Counted from the first letter of the stretch, positions 7,350-16,406 are shown. The stretch is DNA of 62,081 bases from Candidatus Omnitrophota bacterium (GCA_023247235.1 JAHFGW010000002.1:70907-132987), one strand, 5' to 3'. The notes: generated by a model from the sequence alone, not told the origin. Made by a program: numbers and translations.

Positions 7350-8402
7350 ATGAACGTAAGTGACTTTGAGCAAAGGAGAAACAAGATTCTTTCGGTGGTC
7401 ATCGAGGCCTATGTCGCCAGCGCGGTGCCTGTCGGCTCCGAGCTGGTGGCCAGGCGGCTTCGGCCCAGCGTCAGCTCGGCCACCATCCGGAACGTGATGG
7501 GCGAGCTCGAAGAGGCGGGGCTGCTGGAACAGCCCCACACCTCGGCGGGTCGCGTGCCCACGGACCGGGGCTACCGGCTCTACGTGGACAGCCTGATGGA
7601 CGTGCCCTGGTTCTCCCGCGAGCAAGTCATGGAGATGACGCACCGGCTTCATGGCGAGGAGTCGGAGGTCGAGCAGCTCCTGGGTCGCGCCGGCGGGCTG
7701 TTGACGGAGCTGGCCCAGCAAGCGTCGTTCATTCTGGCGCCGACGGTCAAGCGGACCGCGCTGCGGCAGATTGAGCTGGTGCCGCTTGGCGTGCGCAAGG
7801 TGCTGTGCGTGCTGATCGGCGATCAGGAGGAGACGTACGCCTCGCATGTGGTCGAGCTGATCGAGCCGCTCAGCCGCGAGGAAGTGCTCGCCCTGGTGCG
7901 GTTCATCAATACGCAATTGACGGGCCTGCCCTATCGCGATGTCGTGGATTCGCTGGAGCGCCGGCTGATCGCGGAAACGGATTCGTTTTATCATCTGGTG
8001 AAGCGCTCGCTCGATATCCTGCAGCACGCGCTCTCCACAGAGCCCGAGGAGCGGCTGCTGCTGGAAGGGGCCAGCTACATCGTGGCGCAGCCGGAGTTCC
8101 GGCGCGATCCGGGGAAAGCCCACAGGCTGCTCAAAGGCCTGGAAGATGCCGAGTCGCTCATGGAACAGGTGCGCAGCGATCTCACCACGGACCGGGTGCG
8201 GGTGCGCATCGGCCGCGAGCTGCCCCTGGCGGGATACGAGGCCTGCAGCTATGTCGCCGCGCCGTTCGTCGTGGAAGGGCGCGTGCTCGGGGGCGTTGGG
8301 GTCCTGGGCCCTACGCGCATGGACTATCCGCGCGTCAGCGCCCTGGTCGAAGCCGTGGCGCGATCCATCGCCTCGATTCTGGGTCGAGGGCCGGCCGCAT
8401 GA
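7350..8402 (+). CDS. hrcA: Heat-inducible transcription repressor HrcA
   Basis: N-terminal wHTH (ILSVVIEAYVASAVPVGS..), typical length, CIRCE upstream and grpE downstream. Confidence 0.9.
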   Translation: MNVSDFEQRRNKILSVVIEAYVASAVPVGSELVARRLRPSVSSATIRNVMGELEEAGLLEQPHTSAGRVPTDRGYRLYVDSLMDVPWFSREQVMEMTHRLHGEESEVEQLLGRAGGLLTELAQQASFILAPTVKRTALRQIELVPLGVRKVLCVLIGDQEETYASHVVELIEPLSREEVLALVRFINTQLTGLPYRDVVDSLERRLIAETDSFYHLVKRSLDILQHALSTEPEERLLLEGASYIVAQPEFRRDPGKAHRLLKGLEDAESLMEQVRSDLTTDRVRVRIGRELPLAGYEACSYVAAPFVVEGRVLGGVGVLGPTRMDYPRVSALVEAVARSIASILGRGPAA

Positions 8403-8983
8403 GCGCGGAGAAGCACGCCAAGCACGAGCCCGCCACGCCGCCTGAAGCCGGGATCGACGCCAAGGCGCCGGAGCCCGCGAAACAAGAAGCCGAGCAGTTG
8501 AAGGACCGGTATTTGCGCGGGCTGGCCGACGTCGAGAATACGAAGAAGCGGCTGCACCGCGAGAAAGAGGAGTTCGGCAAGTACGCCACCGAGACAGTCA
8601 TCCGCCACTTGTTGCCGATCATCGACAGTCTGGACCAGGCACTGGTGGCCGTGGACAAGCAGGCGGACCCAGAAGCCGTCATCAAGGGCGTCCATTTGAT
8701 CTATCGCCAACTGCTTGGGCTGCTGGAGAAAGAAGGAGTCAAGCGGATCCCGACGGTCGGGCAGCCCTTCGATCCGCACCTGCACGAAGCGGTGGCTCAG
8801 GTGGGCGCTGCGGACGGCCAGCGGGACAACACGGTCGCCGAAGAAGTCCAGGTAGGCTACACCATGCATGGGAAGGTGGTTCGACCGGCCATGGTCAGGG
8901 TGGCTCGCAAGACAGAATCAGAGGCCGAGGTGGAAGAACCCAAATCACCGAACCCCGAATCCCGAACACCGAACATCGACTGA
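8399..8983 (+). CDS. grpE: Nucleotide exchange factor GrpE
   Basis: ATGA overlap with the hrcA stop. [15 protein letters not shown] and HEAV motifs are present. The C-terminal tail is encoded by a heptamer array. Confidence 0.9.
   Translation: MSAEKHAKHEPATPPEAGIDAKAPEPAKQEAEQLKDRYLRGLADVENTKKRLHREKEEFGKYATETVIRHLLPIIDSLDQALVAVDKQADPEAVIKGVHLIYRQLLGLLEKEGVKRIPTVGQPFDPHLHEAVAQVGAADGQRDNTVAEEVQVGYTMHGKVVRPAMVRVARKTESEAEVEEPKSPNPESRTPNID
8948..8975 (+). repeat. Heptanucleotide tandem array ccgaacc-ccgaatc-ccgaaca-ccgaaca (family B)
   Basis: Read directly. It forms the last codons of grpE ([10 protein letters not shown]), just before the dnaK SD GAGGAGG. Confidence 0.85.
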
Positions 8984-8996
8984 GGAGGTTATTTTC

Positions 8997-10874
8997 ATGG
9001 CGAAACCTATCGGAATCGACTTGGGCACATCGAACAGCGCCTGCGCCGTGATGGAGCAAGGCCGCCCCGCGATCCTCCCGTCGGCGGAGGGTACGAGCAT
9101 CGGCGGCAAGGCCTTTCCTTCGTACGTCGCTTTTACGAAGGATGGCCAGCTCCTGGTCGGCGAGCCGGCCAGGCGCCAGGCCGCGACCAATCCAGAAGGC
9201 ACGGTGATCGCGGTCAAACGCCAGATGGGCACCGACCACGTGTATCGCATCTACGGCAAGACCTACACGCCCCAGCAAATCTCGGCGTTCATCCTGCAGA
9301 AGATCAAGCGGGATGCCGAGGCGCACCTGGGAGAACCGGTCAAGGAAGCCGTGATCACGGTCCCGGCGTACTTCAATGACAACCAGCGGCAGGCGACCAA
9401 GGACGCCGGCGCCATCGCGGGCCTGGAGGTGCTGCGAATCATCAACGAGCCGACCGCGGCCTGCCTCGCCTACGGGCTGGACAAGGCTGACAAAGAGCAG
9501 AAGATCCTGGTGTTCGATCTAGGCGGCGGCACGCTGGATGTCACGATCATGGACATGGCCCAGGGGGTCTTCGAGGTCAAGGCGACCAGCGGGGATACCC
9601 AGCTCGGCGGCACGGATATGGACATGGCCCTGGTCAACTACATCGCCGAGGAGTTCAAGAAGGACATCGGGCTCGACGTGCGCAACGACAAAATGGCGAC
9701 GCAGCGCATCCGCGAAGCCGCGGAGAAAGCGAAGATCGAGCTGTCCAACGTGCTCGAAACGGACATCAATTTGCCGTTCATCACCGCGGACGCCTCGGGG
9801 CCGAAGCACCTGACCATGAAGCTCACGCGCGCGACCCTCGAGAAGCTGATCGAGCCGATCGTGGAACGCTGCCGCGGGCCCATTCAGCGGGCGCTGGGCG
9901 ATTCGAAAATGACGCCCAAGGACATCGCCAAGATCATCCTGGTCGGCGGCCCGACGCGCATGCCGATCATTCAGCGCTTTGTCGAGCAGACGATCGGCAA
10001 GCAGGTGGAGCGCGGGGTGGACCCGATGGAATGCGTCGCCATGGGCGCGGCGATCCAGGCAGGCATCATCAAGGGCGAGGTGAAGGACGTGCTGCTGCTG
10101 GATGTCACCCCGCTGTCAATGGGGATCGAGACGCTGGGGGGCGTCTTCACGAAGCTCATCGAGCGCAACACGACGATCCCCACGCGCAAGAGCCAGGTGT
10201 TCTCGACCGCGGATGACAACCAAACGGCGGTGACCATCCGTGTGCTGCAAGGCGAGCGGCAAATGGCCGCGGACAACACCGAGTTGGGCCGCTTCGATCT
10301 GGTCGGCATCCCGCCGGCACCCCGCGGCGTGCCGCAGGTTGAGGTGAGCTTCGACATCGACGCCAACGGCATCGTGCATGTGACGGCGAAGGACAAGGGG
10401 ACCGGCAAGGAACAGTCGATCAAGATTACCGCGCCGCACAAGCTCGACAAGAACGAGATCGACAAGATGGTTCGCGAGGCCGAGTCGTTCGCCGAGGCGG
10501 ACAAGAAGCGGCGCGACGTGATCGAGACCAAGAACCAAGCCGATCAGCTCGCCTACACGGTGGAGAAGACGCTGAAGGACCTGGGCGACAAAGTCCCTGC
10601 CGGGGAGCGGCAGACGATCGAGGAACGGATCAAGGAGCTGCGCGAAGCGCTGAAGTCGGAGGACGCCGCACGCATCAAGCAAAGCATGGAGGCGCTGCAA
10701 AGCGCCTCGCACCGGCTCGCTGAAGAAATCTATAAACAGAAGCCGGGGGGCGAGGCAGAGGGGCCAGGGGCGGGGGGCACGGGGCAAGGGACGGCGGAAG
10801 AGCCGTCGGCGAAGCCTCGCGACAAGGACGATAAGGTCGTTGATGCTGAGTTCAAAGTGAAGGATAACGAATAG
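8997..10874 (+). CDS. dnaK: Chaperone DnaK (Hsp70)
   Basis: [14 protein letters not shown] start, 8 nt after GAGGAGG. The sequence is Hsp70-like over its full length. ORF-track start 8868 is an upstream read-through. Confidence 0.95.
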   Translation: MAKPIGIDLGTSNSACAVMEQGRPAILPSAEGTSIGGKAFPSYVAFTKDGQLLVGEPARRQAATNPEGTVIAVKRQMGTDHVYRIYGKTYTPQQISAFILQKIKRDAEAHLGEPVKEAVITVPAYFNDNQRQATKDAGAIAGLEVLRIINEPTAACLAYGLDKADKEQKILVFDLGGGTLDVTIMDMAQGVFEVKATSGDTQLGGTDMDMALVNYIAEEFKKDIGLDVRNDKMATQRIREAAEKAKIELSNVLETDINLPFITADASGPKHLTMKLTRATLEKLIEPIVERCRGPIQRALGDSKMTPKDIAKIILVGGPTRMPIIQRFVEQTIGKQVERGVDPMECVAMGAAIQAGIIKGEVKDVLLLDVTPLSMGIETLGGVFTKLIERNTTIPTRKSQVFSTADDNQTAVTIRVLQGERQMAADNTELGRFDLVGIPPAPRGVPQVEVSFDIDANGIVHVTAKDKGTGKEQSIKITAPHKLDKNEIDKMVREAESFAEADKKRRDVIETKNQADQLAYTVEKTLKDLGDKVPAGERQTIEERIKELREALKSEDAARIKQSMEALQSASHRLAEEIYKQKPGGEAEGPGAGGTGQGTAEEPSAKPRDKDDKVVDAEFKVKDNE

Positions 10875-10915
10875 TCGTTTTAGCGTATAGCGCTGAACGC
10901 TGTACGCTAGTCGCC
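10874..10915 (+). repeat. Heptanucleotide array filling the dnaK-dnaJ spacer (family D), with an internal hairpin
   Basis: gtcgttt-tagcgta-tagcgct-gaacgct-gtacgct-agtcgcc. Positions 10882-10908 fold as an 11-bp stem (one G-U pair) with the 5-nt loop ctgaa. Confidence 0.8.
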
Positions 10916-10919
10916 TAAC

Positions 10920-12062
10920 ATGGCAGTCACCAAGCGCGATTATTACGAGATTCTAGGCGTCGATAAATCGGCCTCGGTAGAAGACATCAAGCGGGCGTAC
11001 CGGGCGCTGGCGATGAAGCACCACCCGGACCGCGTGCCGGCCGACCAGAAGAAGGACGCCGAGGAAAAGTTCAAAGAGCTGTCTGAGGCCTACGCGGTCC
11101 TTTCGGATGCTCAGAAGCGCCGCGTCTATGACCAGTATGGCCATGCGGGCTTCGACCAGCGCTACTCGACGGAAGACATCTTCCGCGGCGCCGACTTCTC
11201 AAGCATCTTTGAAGATCTTGGGTTGGGCGGCGGGGGGTCGATCTTTGATCTGTTCTTCGGCGGCGGAGAAGGTTTTGCCGGCGGGCGCCGCGGGCGCCGC
11301 GCCAACCGAGCCGCGGACCTGGAACTTGAGGTGCCGCTGAGTTTTGAAGAAGCCGCCCGGGGCACGACCAACACCGTGACGGTGCCCCGGCAAGAACTGT
11401 GCAGCGAATGCCGGGGCCAGGGCGGCGAGCGCGCTGAATGCTCCTCCTGCCACGGCACCGGGCAGATTCGCCAGTCCGCAGGCTTCATGGTCATCGCGCG
11501 CACCTGCCCCAAGTGCCAGGGGCAAGGCAGCGTCCTCAAGAAGGCCTGCCGCGTCTGCCGCGGGCAGGGTCGCGTGCCGGTACAGCGGACCCTGGAGGTG
11601 AAGATTCCCCCGGGGGTCGAATCCGGTATGCGGCTTCGGCTGGCCGGGGAAGGCGACGGCGGGCTCGACGGGCATGGCGATCTCTACGTCCACCTGACGG
11701 TGCGGCCGCACCCGGTGTTCCAACGCCACGGGCCGGACCTGATGCTGGAGTATCCAGTGAACATCACCCAGGCCGCGCTCGGGACGGAGCTGGATGTGCC
11801 GACGATGAACGGCCCTGTCAGCATGAAGGTGCCGGCCGGCACGCAGAGCGGCACCGTCTTTCGGGTGCGCGGCAAGGGGCTGCCGGATGTGTCGGGTCGG
11901 GCACGCGGCGACTTGCTGGTCCGCGTGAACGTCGAGACGCCGACGAATCTCACGGCCGCGCAGAAGCGGTTGCTCCAAGAGGTGGAGCGCACGGTTGGCG
12001 AGGAGGCGCACCCCTCCCGCCGAACTTTTCTGGCTCGATTGAAGGATCTGTGGAAGCCATAA
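10920..12062 (+). CDS. dnaJ: Co-chaperone DnaJ
   Basis: J-domain with HPD (YYEILGV..HHPDR), a G/F-rich region and four CxxCxG zinc-finger repeats. Confidence 0.95.
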   Translation: MAVTKRDYYEILGVDKSASVEDIKRAYRALAMKHHPDRVPADQKKDAEEKFKELSEAYAVLSDAQKRRVYDQYGHAGFDQRYSTEDIFRGADFSSIFEDLGLGGGGSIFDLFFGGGEGFAGGRRGRRANRAADLELEVPLSFEEAARGTTNTVTVPRQELCSECRGQGGERAECSSCHGTGQIRQSAGFMVIARTCPKCQGQGSVLKKACRVCRGQGRVPVQRTLEVKIPPGVESGMRLRLAGEGDGGLDGHGDLYVHLTVRPHPVFQRHGPDLMLEYPVNITQAALGTELDVPTMNGPVSMKVPAGTQSGTVFRVRGKGLPDVSGRARGDLLVRVNVETPTNLTAAQKRLLQEVERTVGEEAHPSRRTFLARLKDLWKP

Positions 12063-12080
12063 CAGCTCGCGATGCGATAG

Positions 12081-12335
12081 ATGCCAACGTACGAATACCA
12101 GTGTGCAAAGTGTAAAAGGCGCCATGAGGCGTCCCAGCCCATCACCGCCAAGCCGCTGACCAAGTGCCCGAAGTGCGGCGGCCGGCTGCAGCGCCTTCTC
12201 GGCATGGGCTCGGGCTTCCTGTTTAAGGGAGGCGGGTTTTACATCACCGATTACCGAAGCAAGAGCTATCGCGAGGCCAAGAAGAGGGACGAAGGCTCCA
12301 GCACGAGCAAACCGTCCTCTGGTTCGAGCAAGTAG
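12081..12335 (+). CDS. FmdB-family zinc-ribbon protein
   Basis: MPTYEYQCAKC..-x-..CPKCGG is the CxxC/CxxC signature of the FmdB/CxxC_CxxC_SSSS family. The tail is Ser-rich. Confidence 0.8.
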   Translation: MPTYEYQCAKCKRRHEASQPITAKPLTKCPKCGGRLQRLLGMGSGFLFKGGGFYITDYRSKSYREAKKRDEGSSTSKPSSGSSK

Positions 12336-12374
12336 CCAGCAGTGACGGAGACTTGCCGAGCGGCTTCTCTATCA

Positions 12375-12552
12375 CCCCACCACCTCTTTGACCGACACGC
12401 GGCTCTCGTACTCTTGCGGCCCGCTTATGTCGCCAGCGCGGCGTGTCGGCGCCAGCACCAACCACGTGCTGGCTCAGCTGGCACCGGCATCGCCACAGCG
12501 AGGGACTGGAATATGTTCGTCTTCGGCGATGCCGATCAAAGAGGTGGTGGGG
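12375..12552 (+). repeat. Structured element bounded by a perfect 17-bp inverted repeat
   Basis: ccccaccacctctttga (12375-12391) pairs with tcaaagaggtggtgggg (12536-12552). Internal nested hairpins include gccagcac-N7-gtgctggc and ccgacacgc/gcgtgtcgg. Confidence 0.8.
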
Positions 12553-12653
12553 TCGCCGACTACCGGAGCAAGAGCTATCGCGAAGCCAAACAGCGTGACC
12601 AAGCCGGCTCGTCTCCAAGCGGCTCTTCGAGCCGCGGCTCGTCTCCCTCTTAG
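12536..12653 (+). pseudogene. Degenerate duplicate of the 3' tail of the FmdB-like gene
   Basis: It encodes GGGVADYRSKSYREAKQRD..SS, compared with the FmdB tail GGGFYITDYRSKSYREAKKRD..SS (12226-12335). No zinc-ribbon part precedes it. Confidence 0.5.
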
Positions 12654-12678
12654 CACGCCTCGCGCCAGGCAGTGGGCG

Positions 12679-13029
12679 GTGCTACTCGCCGCCTACGCGG
12701 CGTTCGTCGCGTTCCTCTCCGTGATTCCCACGACGCCGTTGCCATCGGCCACGCACCTTGACAAGCTGGTCCACGTCTGGGAGTATCTAGTGTTTGCGTG
12801 GCTGTTCACGCAGGTCATCCGCCACAACGAGCTCCGCGCGCCCGAGTACCGGTGGCTGGCCTGGATGTTCGCCCTCTCCTACGGCCTGCTCATGGAGCTG
12901 ATCCAGGCCATGCTGCCGTGGCGATCAGCGGATTGGGCAGACGTGCTCTCCAACGCGCTCGGCGCCGCCTTGGGCATCTGGCTCGGCGAGCGTATTCCCA
13001 GACTGAAGCCCGCGAACTCCGACGAGTAG
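12679..13029 (+). CDS. VanZ-like family membrane protein (start uncertain; the frame is open from 12388)
   Basis: VanZ motifs HLDKLVHVWEYLVF and ADWADVLSNALGAALG. GTG 12679 gives a typical ~116-aa protein. Upstream in-frame sequence is repeat-derived. Confidence 0.55.
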   Translation: MLLAAYAAFVAFLSVIPTTPLPSATHLDKLVHVWEYLVFAWLFTQVIRHNELRAPEYRWLAWMFALSYGLLMELIQAMLPWRSADWADVLSNALGAALGIWLGERIPRLKPANSDE

Positions 13030-14286
13030 ATGGTGGCCGTCGCCCCGTTCCGCGCGCTGCGCTATCGGCTTGAAGCGGTCGGCGAACTCAGCCATGTCGT
13101 GGCGCCGCCGTACGACGTGATCGGCCCTGAAGAGCAGGAGCGCCTGTATGCGGCCTCGCCCTATAACGTCGTGCGGCTCATCCTGGGCAAGCAGTCTTCG
13201 GCTGATACCGAGCAGGACAACCGTTACAGCCGCGCGCGCCGGGATTACGAGGCGTGGCGACGGGACACGATCCTGGCGCAAGACGCCTCCCCTTCCTTCT
13301 CCTTGATCGAGCACCTCTTCACGTGGCAAGGACTGACCCAGCGGCGGCTCGGCTTTCTCGGCCTGCTGGAACTGGACGATGCCTCCCGGGCGGGCCCCGC
13401 TCCTGGGGGCGTGGCGGGCGTGCTGCGTCATGAAGAGACCCTGGGCGCGCCCAAGGCGGACCGCAAGCAGTTGCTGGAGGCCGTCCCGGCGAACTTGAGC
13501 CCAATTTTCTGCGTCTATCCGGATCCGCAGGGCGGACTGCAGGCGCAGCTCACCGCGTGGGCCGCGCGCGGCAATCCCAAGAGCACGGCGAGGCGGGGCG
13601 ACGAAACGGTTCGGGTGTGGGTCCTCACCGATCCGGCCGCCATCCGCGCAATTCAGGAACACTTGGCTAAGGTCGCGGTGCTCATCGCAGACGGCCACCA
13701 CCGGTATGAAGTTGCCAGCGCCAATCGGGAACGCTATGGAGCGGTCATGACGTACTTCGTCTCGATGGCCGATCCGGGCCTGCGCGTTCAGCCCATCCAT
13801 CGCCTGGTGCAGCCGCCGGCTCCCGCGGATGTGGCGCACCTAGACTCCATGGCGTCAGCCACCCCGGCGCAGGACCTGGACACGCTCCTCGCCTGGCTGA
13901 ATGCAGAGCACCAGGGCCGTTTCGGCTGCGCGGTGGGCCAGTCGCTCTATCAGGTGGAGATCCGGCCCGAGCGACGAGCGCAGTGGCTCCGGCAGGCGCC
14001 AGAGCCGGCCCCGCTGGCGACGCTGGACGTCTCGATGCTCCATGGACTGATCTTCCCGGCGCTTGGCATCCAGCCTGGGCAACTGAGTTACACCGCGGAT
14101 GCGGTGGAGGCGGCCAGCGCCGCGGCCGGAGGGCGGGCCGCCATGGCGTGGCTGATGCGGGGGCTGCCGGTGGAGCAGGTCTATGACGTGGCCGCGCACG
14201 GCGTGACGCTGCCGCCCAAGTCGACCTACTTCTATCCGAAGGTCTGGTCGGGCCTGGCCTTTAATCCCTTTGCGGCAGGCTCATGA
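13030..14286 (+). CDS. DUF1015 domain-containing protein
   Basis: The N-terminus VAPFRALRY..VVAPPYDVI..YNVVRLILG is characteristic of the DUF1015 family. Length is about 418 aa. Confidence 0.75.
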   Translation: MVAVAPFRALRYRLEAVGELSHVVAPPYDVIGPEEQERLYAASPYNVVRLILGKQSSADTEQDNRYSRARRDYEAWRRDTILAQDASPSFSLIEHLFTWQGLTQRRLGFLGLLELDDASRAGPAPGGVAGVLRHEETLGAPKADRKQLLEAVPANLSPIFCVYPDPQGGLQAQLTAWAARGNPKSTARRGDETVRVWVLTDPAAIRAIQEHLAKVAVLIADGHHRYEVASANRERYGAVMTYFVSMADPGLRVQPIHRLVQPPAPADVAHLDSMASATPAQDLDTLLAWLNAEHQGRFGCAVGQSLYQVEIRPERRAQWLRQAPEPAPLATLDVSMLHGLIFPALGIQPGQLSYTADAVEAASAAAGGRAAMAWLMRGLPVEQVYDVAAHGVTLPPKSTYFYPKVWSGLAFNPFAAGS

Positions 14287-14330
14287 AGGCGCCTATCCTA
14301 ACCCTTCCTCGCCCTTCAAGTTCCGATTCG

Positions 14331-14360
14331 TTGACGTCGGATGAGCGGGTGTGCTAGCAT
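14331..14360 (+). promoter_or_regulatory. Candidate promoter upstream of accD
   Basis: TTGACG (14331-14336), an 18-nt spacer, then TGcTAGCAT (extended -10, 14352-14360). Confidence 0.4.
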
Positions 14361-14384
14361 AGGGAAACTTCTGACGCCCTCCAG

Positions 14385-15233
14385 GTGATGAAACTCCTAA
14401 GACGACGAGACACAGCTCAGTCCGGCCGTCCAGGAAAGCGGGACATCCCGGCCGACCTGTGGACCAAGTGCGAGTCCTGCGGCCAGCTCCTCTACAACAA
14501 GGCGCTGGAGGAGAGCTTGAAGGTCTGTCCCAAGTGCGACTTCCATTTCCCGCTACCGGCAGCCGAGCGGTTGGCGCTGACCCTGGATGAGGGCAGCTTC
14601 CAGGAGTGGGAGACAGATCTGGTGTCCCTGGATCCGCTGCAGTTTCGGGGGCCCACCGACTACGCCGAGAAGCTGGTCGAAGAGCAACGCGCCTGCCGCA
14701 TGAATGACGCCTGCCTGACGGGTTTGGGGCGGCTGGAGGGGCGCGAGGTGGTGATCGGTGTCACCGATTCACGGTTCATGATGGGGTCGATGGGCTCGGT
14801 GGTGGGCGAGCGGCTCACCCGCGCAATTGAGCGTGCGACCGAGATGCGCCGGCCCCTGATCATCATCTCCGGCTCCGGCGGCGGGGCGCGCATGCAAGAG
14901 GGGATGCTGAGCCTGATGCAGATGGCGAAGACCTGTAATGCGCTCATGCGCTTTGATGAGCAGGGCGGGGTGTTCATTTCCGTGTTGACCCACCCGACCA
15001 TGGCGGGGGTCCTCGCCAGCTTCGCGACGCTGGGCGACGTCCTCGTGGCCGAGCCCAAGGCGCTCATCGGCTTTACGGGCCCTCGCGTCATCGAGCAGAC
15101 GATCCGCCAGCGCCTGCCCGAGGGATTTCAGCGCTCGGAGTTCCTGTTAGAGCACGGCTTGATCGATCTGATCGTGCACCGGCGCGAGATGAAGACCCAC
15201 CTCAACAAGCTCCTCACGCTCCTGTGCCCATGA
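14385..15233 (+). CDS. accD: Acetyl-CoA carboxylase carboxyltransferase beta subunit
   Basis: N-terminal zinc finger CESCGQ..CPKCDFH followed by the carboxyltransferase domain (GGARMQEG). Confidence 0.9.
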   Translation: MMKLLRRRDTAQSGRPGKRDIPADLWTKCESCGQLLYNKALEESLKVCPKCDFHFPLPAAERLALTLDEGSFQEWETDLVSLDPLQFRGPTDYAEKLVEEQRACRMNDACLTGLGRLEGREVVIGVTDSRFMMGSMGSVVGERLTRAIERATEMRRPLIIISGSGGGARMQEGMLSLMQMAKTCNALMRFDEQGGVFISVLTHPTMAGVLASFATLGDVLVAEPKALIGFTGPRVIEQTIRQRLPEGFQRSEFLLEHGLIDLIVHRREMKTHLNKLLTLLCP

Positions 15234-15277
15234 TCCCACGCGTGGCCCCCTCCTCGCGCGTCCTCGACTCGTAATCG

Positions 15278-16381
15278 ATGGCCCAGGTCACGCTGCGCAA
15301 GGTGTCCAAGGTGTATTCCGGCGGCGTCATTGCCGTGAAAGAGGCCGACCTGCGGGTTGAGAACCGGGAATTTCTCGTCGTGGTCGGCCCCTCCGGCTGC
15401 GGCAAGTCCACGCTCCTGCGGATGGTGGCGGGCCTGGAGGAAGTGACGACGGGCGAGATCCTCATCGGGGACAAGGTCGTGAACCGGGTGCCGCCCAAAG
15501 ACCGCGACATCGCCATGGTCTTTCAGCATTACGCGCTCTATCCCCACATGACGGTCTTCGACAACATGGCCTTTGGGCTGCGCCTGCGCGGCTATAGCAA
15601 GCATGAGATCGACCAGCGGGTGCGCGAGGCGGCCGGCATCCTGGGCATCGAGCCGCTGCTCAACCGCCGGCCCAAGGAGCTCTCCGGAGGCGAGCGGCAG
15701 CGCGTGGCCGTGGGGCGCGCGATCGTCCGCAAGCCGCTGGTCTTTCTCTTCGATGAGCCGCTCTCCAATCTCGACGCGAAGATGCGCGTGCAGATGCGCA
15801 CCGAAATCCGCCGGCTCCATTTGCGCTTGCAGGCCACGATGATGTACGTGACGCATGACCAGACCGAAGCCATGACGATGGGCGACCGCATCGTCGTCAT
15901 GAACAAGGCGGCCATCCAGCAGGCGGCCGATCCGGTCACGGTCTACAGCCACCCGGCCAACCGCTTCGTCGCCGGCTTTATCGGCTCTCCCCCCATGAAC
16001 TTCTTGAACGGCACGATCGCGCCCATGAACGGGGCTCTCTATTTCAATGAGGGCAATTTCCGGCTGCGCATCGTCAATGAAATGGCCGAAGCCCTGCGAC
16101 CCTATGCGAACAAACAGATCATCTTCGGCATCCGGCCGGAGGACCTGCACGACAAGCTGTTCATCGCGGATGCCCCGAAGGACAGCACGGTCACCTCGAC
16201 CGTCGAGGTCGTGGAGCCGATGGGCGCTGAAGTGTATTTGCACCTCAAGGCCGGCCAGCATGCCCTGGTGGCGCGGGTGGGCTCGCACGACCGCCCCGAA
16301 GTCAACCAAGACATCGATCTGGTCTTCGACATGGGCAAGGCGCATTTCTTCGACGCCGAGACCGAGGTCTCCATCGTCTAG
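15278..16381 (+). CDS. Sugar-type ABC transporter ATP-binding protein (MalK/UgpC/MsiK-like), with no adjacent permease or binding protein
   Basis: Walker A GPSGCGKST, signature LSGGERQRV, Walker B LFLFDEPLSNLD, and a C-terminal MalK-like regulatory/TOBE region. Confidence 0.85.
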   Translation: MAQVTLRKVSKVYSGGVIAVKEADLRVENREFLVVVGPSGCGKSTLLRMVAGLEEVTTGEILIGDKVVNRVPPKDRDIAMVFQHYALYPHMTVFDNMAFGLRLRGYSKHEIDQRVREAAGILGIEPLLNRRPKELSGGERQRVAVGRAIVRKPLVFLFDEPLSNLDAKMRVQMRTEIRRLHLRLQATMMYVTHDQTEAMTMGDRIVVMNKAAIQQAADPVTVYSHPANRFVAGFIGSPPMNFLNGTIAPMNGALYFNEGNFRLRIVNEMAEALRPYANKQIIFGIRPEDLHDKLFIADAPKDSTVTSTVEVVEPMGAEVYLHLKAGQHALVARVGSHDRPEVNQDIDLVFDMGKAHFFDAETEVSIV

Positions 16382-16406
16382 CCAAGGAATCCCGAGCGTG
16401 CCCTCG

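Noticed and set aside
7805-8398. Long N-terminal extensions in the ORF track for grpE (7805), dnaK (8868), miaA (4698), the first GGDEF gene (16047), rmlD-like (26025), uxs (31508), the SDR gene (33913), tktC (42617) and others.
   Set aside because: The extensions overlap the preceding genes in another frame and are low-complexity. The conserved N-terminal motifs begin at internal starts that have an SD or a 1/4-nt overlap with the upstream stop.
12226-12653. The duplicated FmdB tail considered as a diversity-generating retroelement VR/TR pair.
   Set aside because: There is no reverse transcriptase or accessory gene in the window. The differences between the two copies are not adenine-specific and include indels.
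12342-12653. A 103-aa ORF considered as a genuine gene.
   Set aside because: Its N-terminal two-thirds are the inverted-repeat element read in frame. Only the last ~35 aa resemble anything (the FmdB tail). It is treated as a gene remnant.
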